IMG/VR virus record: IMGVR_UViG_3300022542_000190
Coordinates: 1 to 44,774 of that record
DNA: 44,774 bases
Strand: one strand, 5' to 3'
Source of the DNA: a virus
Of the stretch, positions 44,176-44,774 are shown in pieces; positions within the stretch are counted from its first letter, which is position 1, and each line of letters begins with the position of its first letter. The notes under the pieces were generated by a model. It was not told where the DNA came from. It worked only from the letters and a program-made list of their open reading frames with translations, and ran no database searches. The position numbers and the translations under genes were made by a program.

Positions 44176-44774
44176 ATGCTTGGATTTATGAATAAACAAA
44201 ATAACGATAGCAATAACCAGAATCAGAACCAAAATCAGAATAATAACCAAAATAACCAGAATCAAAATCAAAATTCTTCTGATAACAATAACGATAACAA
44301 TAACAATAATGATAATGATAACAACAACAATAACCAAAACAATAACATGGACAATAACACGTCTATTTGGGATAATAATGCTAATGATTCAGAAAACAAC
44401 AATCAACAACAGCAACAACAAAACAATCAAAATGCTGAAACACGTACGCCAAATGAAATTTTCAACGAACATGTTGCAGGTTTAGATTTAACTTCTGGAA
44501 TTGATTTAACCCAGTTACAAGAAGATGCACAAAACGGTAATACAGATTCATTAAATAAAGCTTTTGAAACTGTAGCATCAAATGTTTACAAAGCTTCTCT
44601 ACAACAAATGAATACTTTAGTTGATAATAAAATAACTACTGCTATTGATAAAGCTGTATCTGAATCTACTTCTGTAATGAATGAATCTACAGCAGTTAAA
44701 GAAATGCAAGCTGCTCTACCATTCACTTCAGATAAAAATATAGCTCCTGTTGCTGAAGCAGCATTGAAACAAAT
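44176..44774 (+). CDS. N-terminal part of the N/Q-rich putative scaffolding protein (continues at position 2 across the junction)
   Basis: ATG 44176 with a GAGGA RBS. About 80 residues are almost pure N/Q/D, followed by an alpha-helical-looking body. Confidence 0.5.
   Translation, partial: MLGFMNKQNNDSNNQNQNQNQNNNQNNQNQNQNSSDNNNDNNNNNDNDNNNNNQNNNMDNNTSIWDNNANDSENNNQQQQQQNNQNAETRTPNEIFNEHVAGLDLTSGIDLTQLQEDAQNGNTDSLNKAFETVASNVYKASLQQMNTLVDNKITTAIDKAVSESTSVMNESTAVKEMQAALPFTSDKNIAPVAEAALKQ
44634..44774. repeat. Second copy of the 141-bp terminal duplication
   Basis: Identical to 1-141. Confidence 0.95.

Noticed and set aside
43996-44337. 113-aa minus-strand ORF made almost entirely of I/V/L
   Set aside because: It is the antisense reading of the AAT/AAC/CAG repeats that encode the N/Q-rich scaffold N-terminus, so it is a compositional artefact.

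Overview
The window is a complete, circularly closed, AT-rich dsDNA phage genome. Positions 1-141 are identical to 44634-44774, giving a unit length of 44,633 bp, and the cut falls inside a gene. No rRNA, tRNA, CRISPR array, integrase, transposase or phage RNA polymerase was recognised. Genes are tightly packed, with many ATGA/TAATG overlaps, and form two arms. The rightward arm (37219 -> across the junction -> 18223) carries two insulated single-gene cassettes, small and large terminase, portal and an M15 endolysin plus 3TM-type holin. It continues with an N/Q-rich scaffold-like protein, the major capsid protein, tail, tailspike and fibre genes, and three large putative internal virion proteins (251, 703 and 1719 aa). 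The leftward arm (36246 -> 18304) carries replication, recombination and nucleotide-metabolism genes. These include a RecD/Dda-like helicase, a Cas4-like nuclease, a Sak4-like ATPase, a TSCPD protein, family A DNA polymerase, MazG-like protein, a P-loop ATPase, ThyX, a DEDDh exonuclease and a DUF3310 protein, plus many small orphans. The arms converge on a hairpin terminator at about 18.27 kb. They diverge from a roughly 970-bp gene-free, G-depleted, repeat-dense hub (36247-37218), which is the most unusual region. Other points of interest are a GC-rich rod-like hairpin overlapping a promoter-like element (43757-43870) and a second long non-coding gap with a GNRA-capped hairpin (32684-32970). 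There is also a recurring sigma70-like promoter family (TTGACA/TTGCWT, N16-17, TANNCT) and several small ORFs missed by the ORF track. Functional calls rest on motifs read by eye and on gene order. No database search was run.
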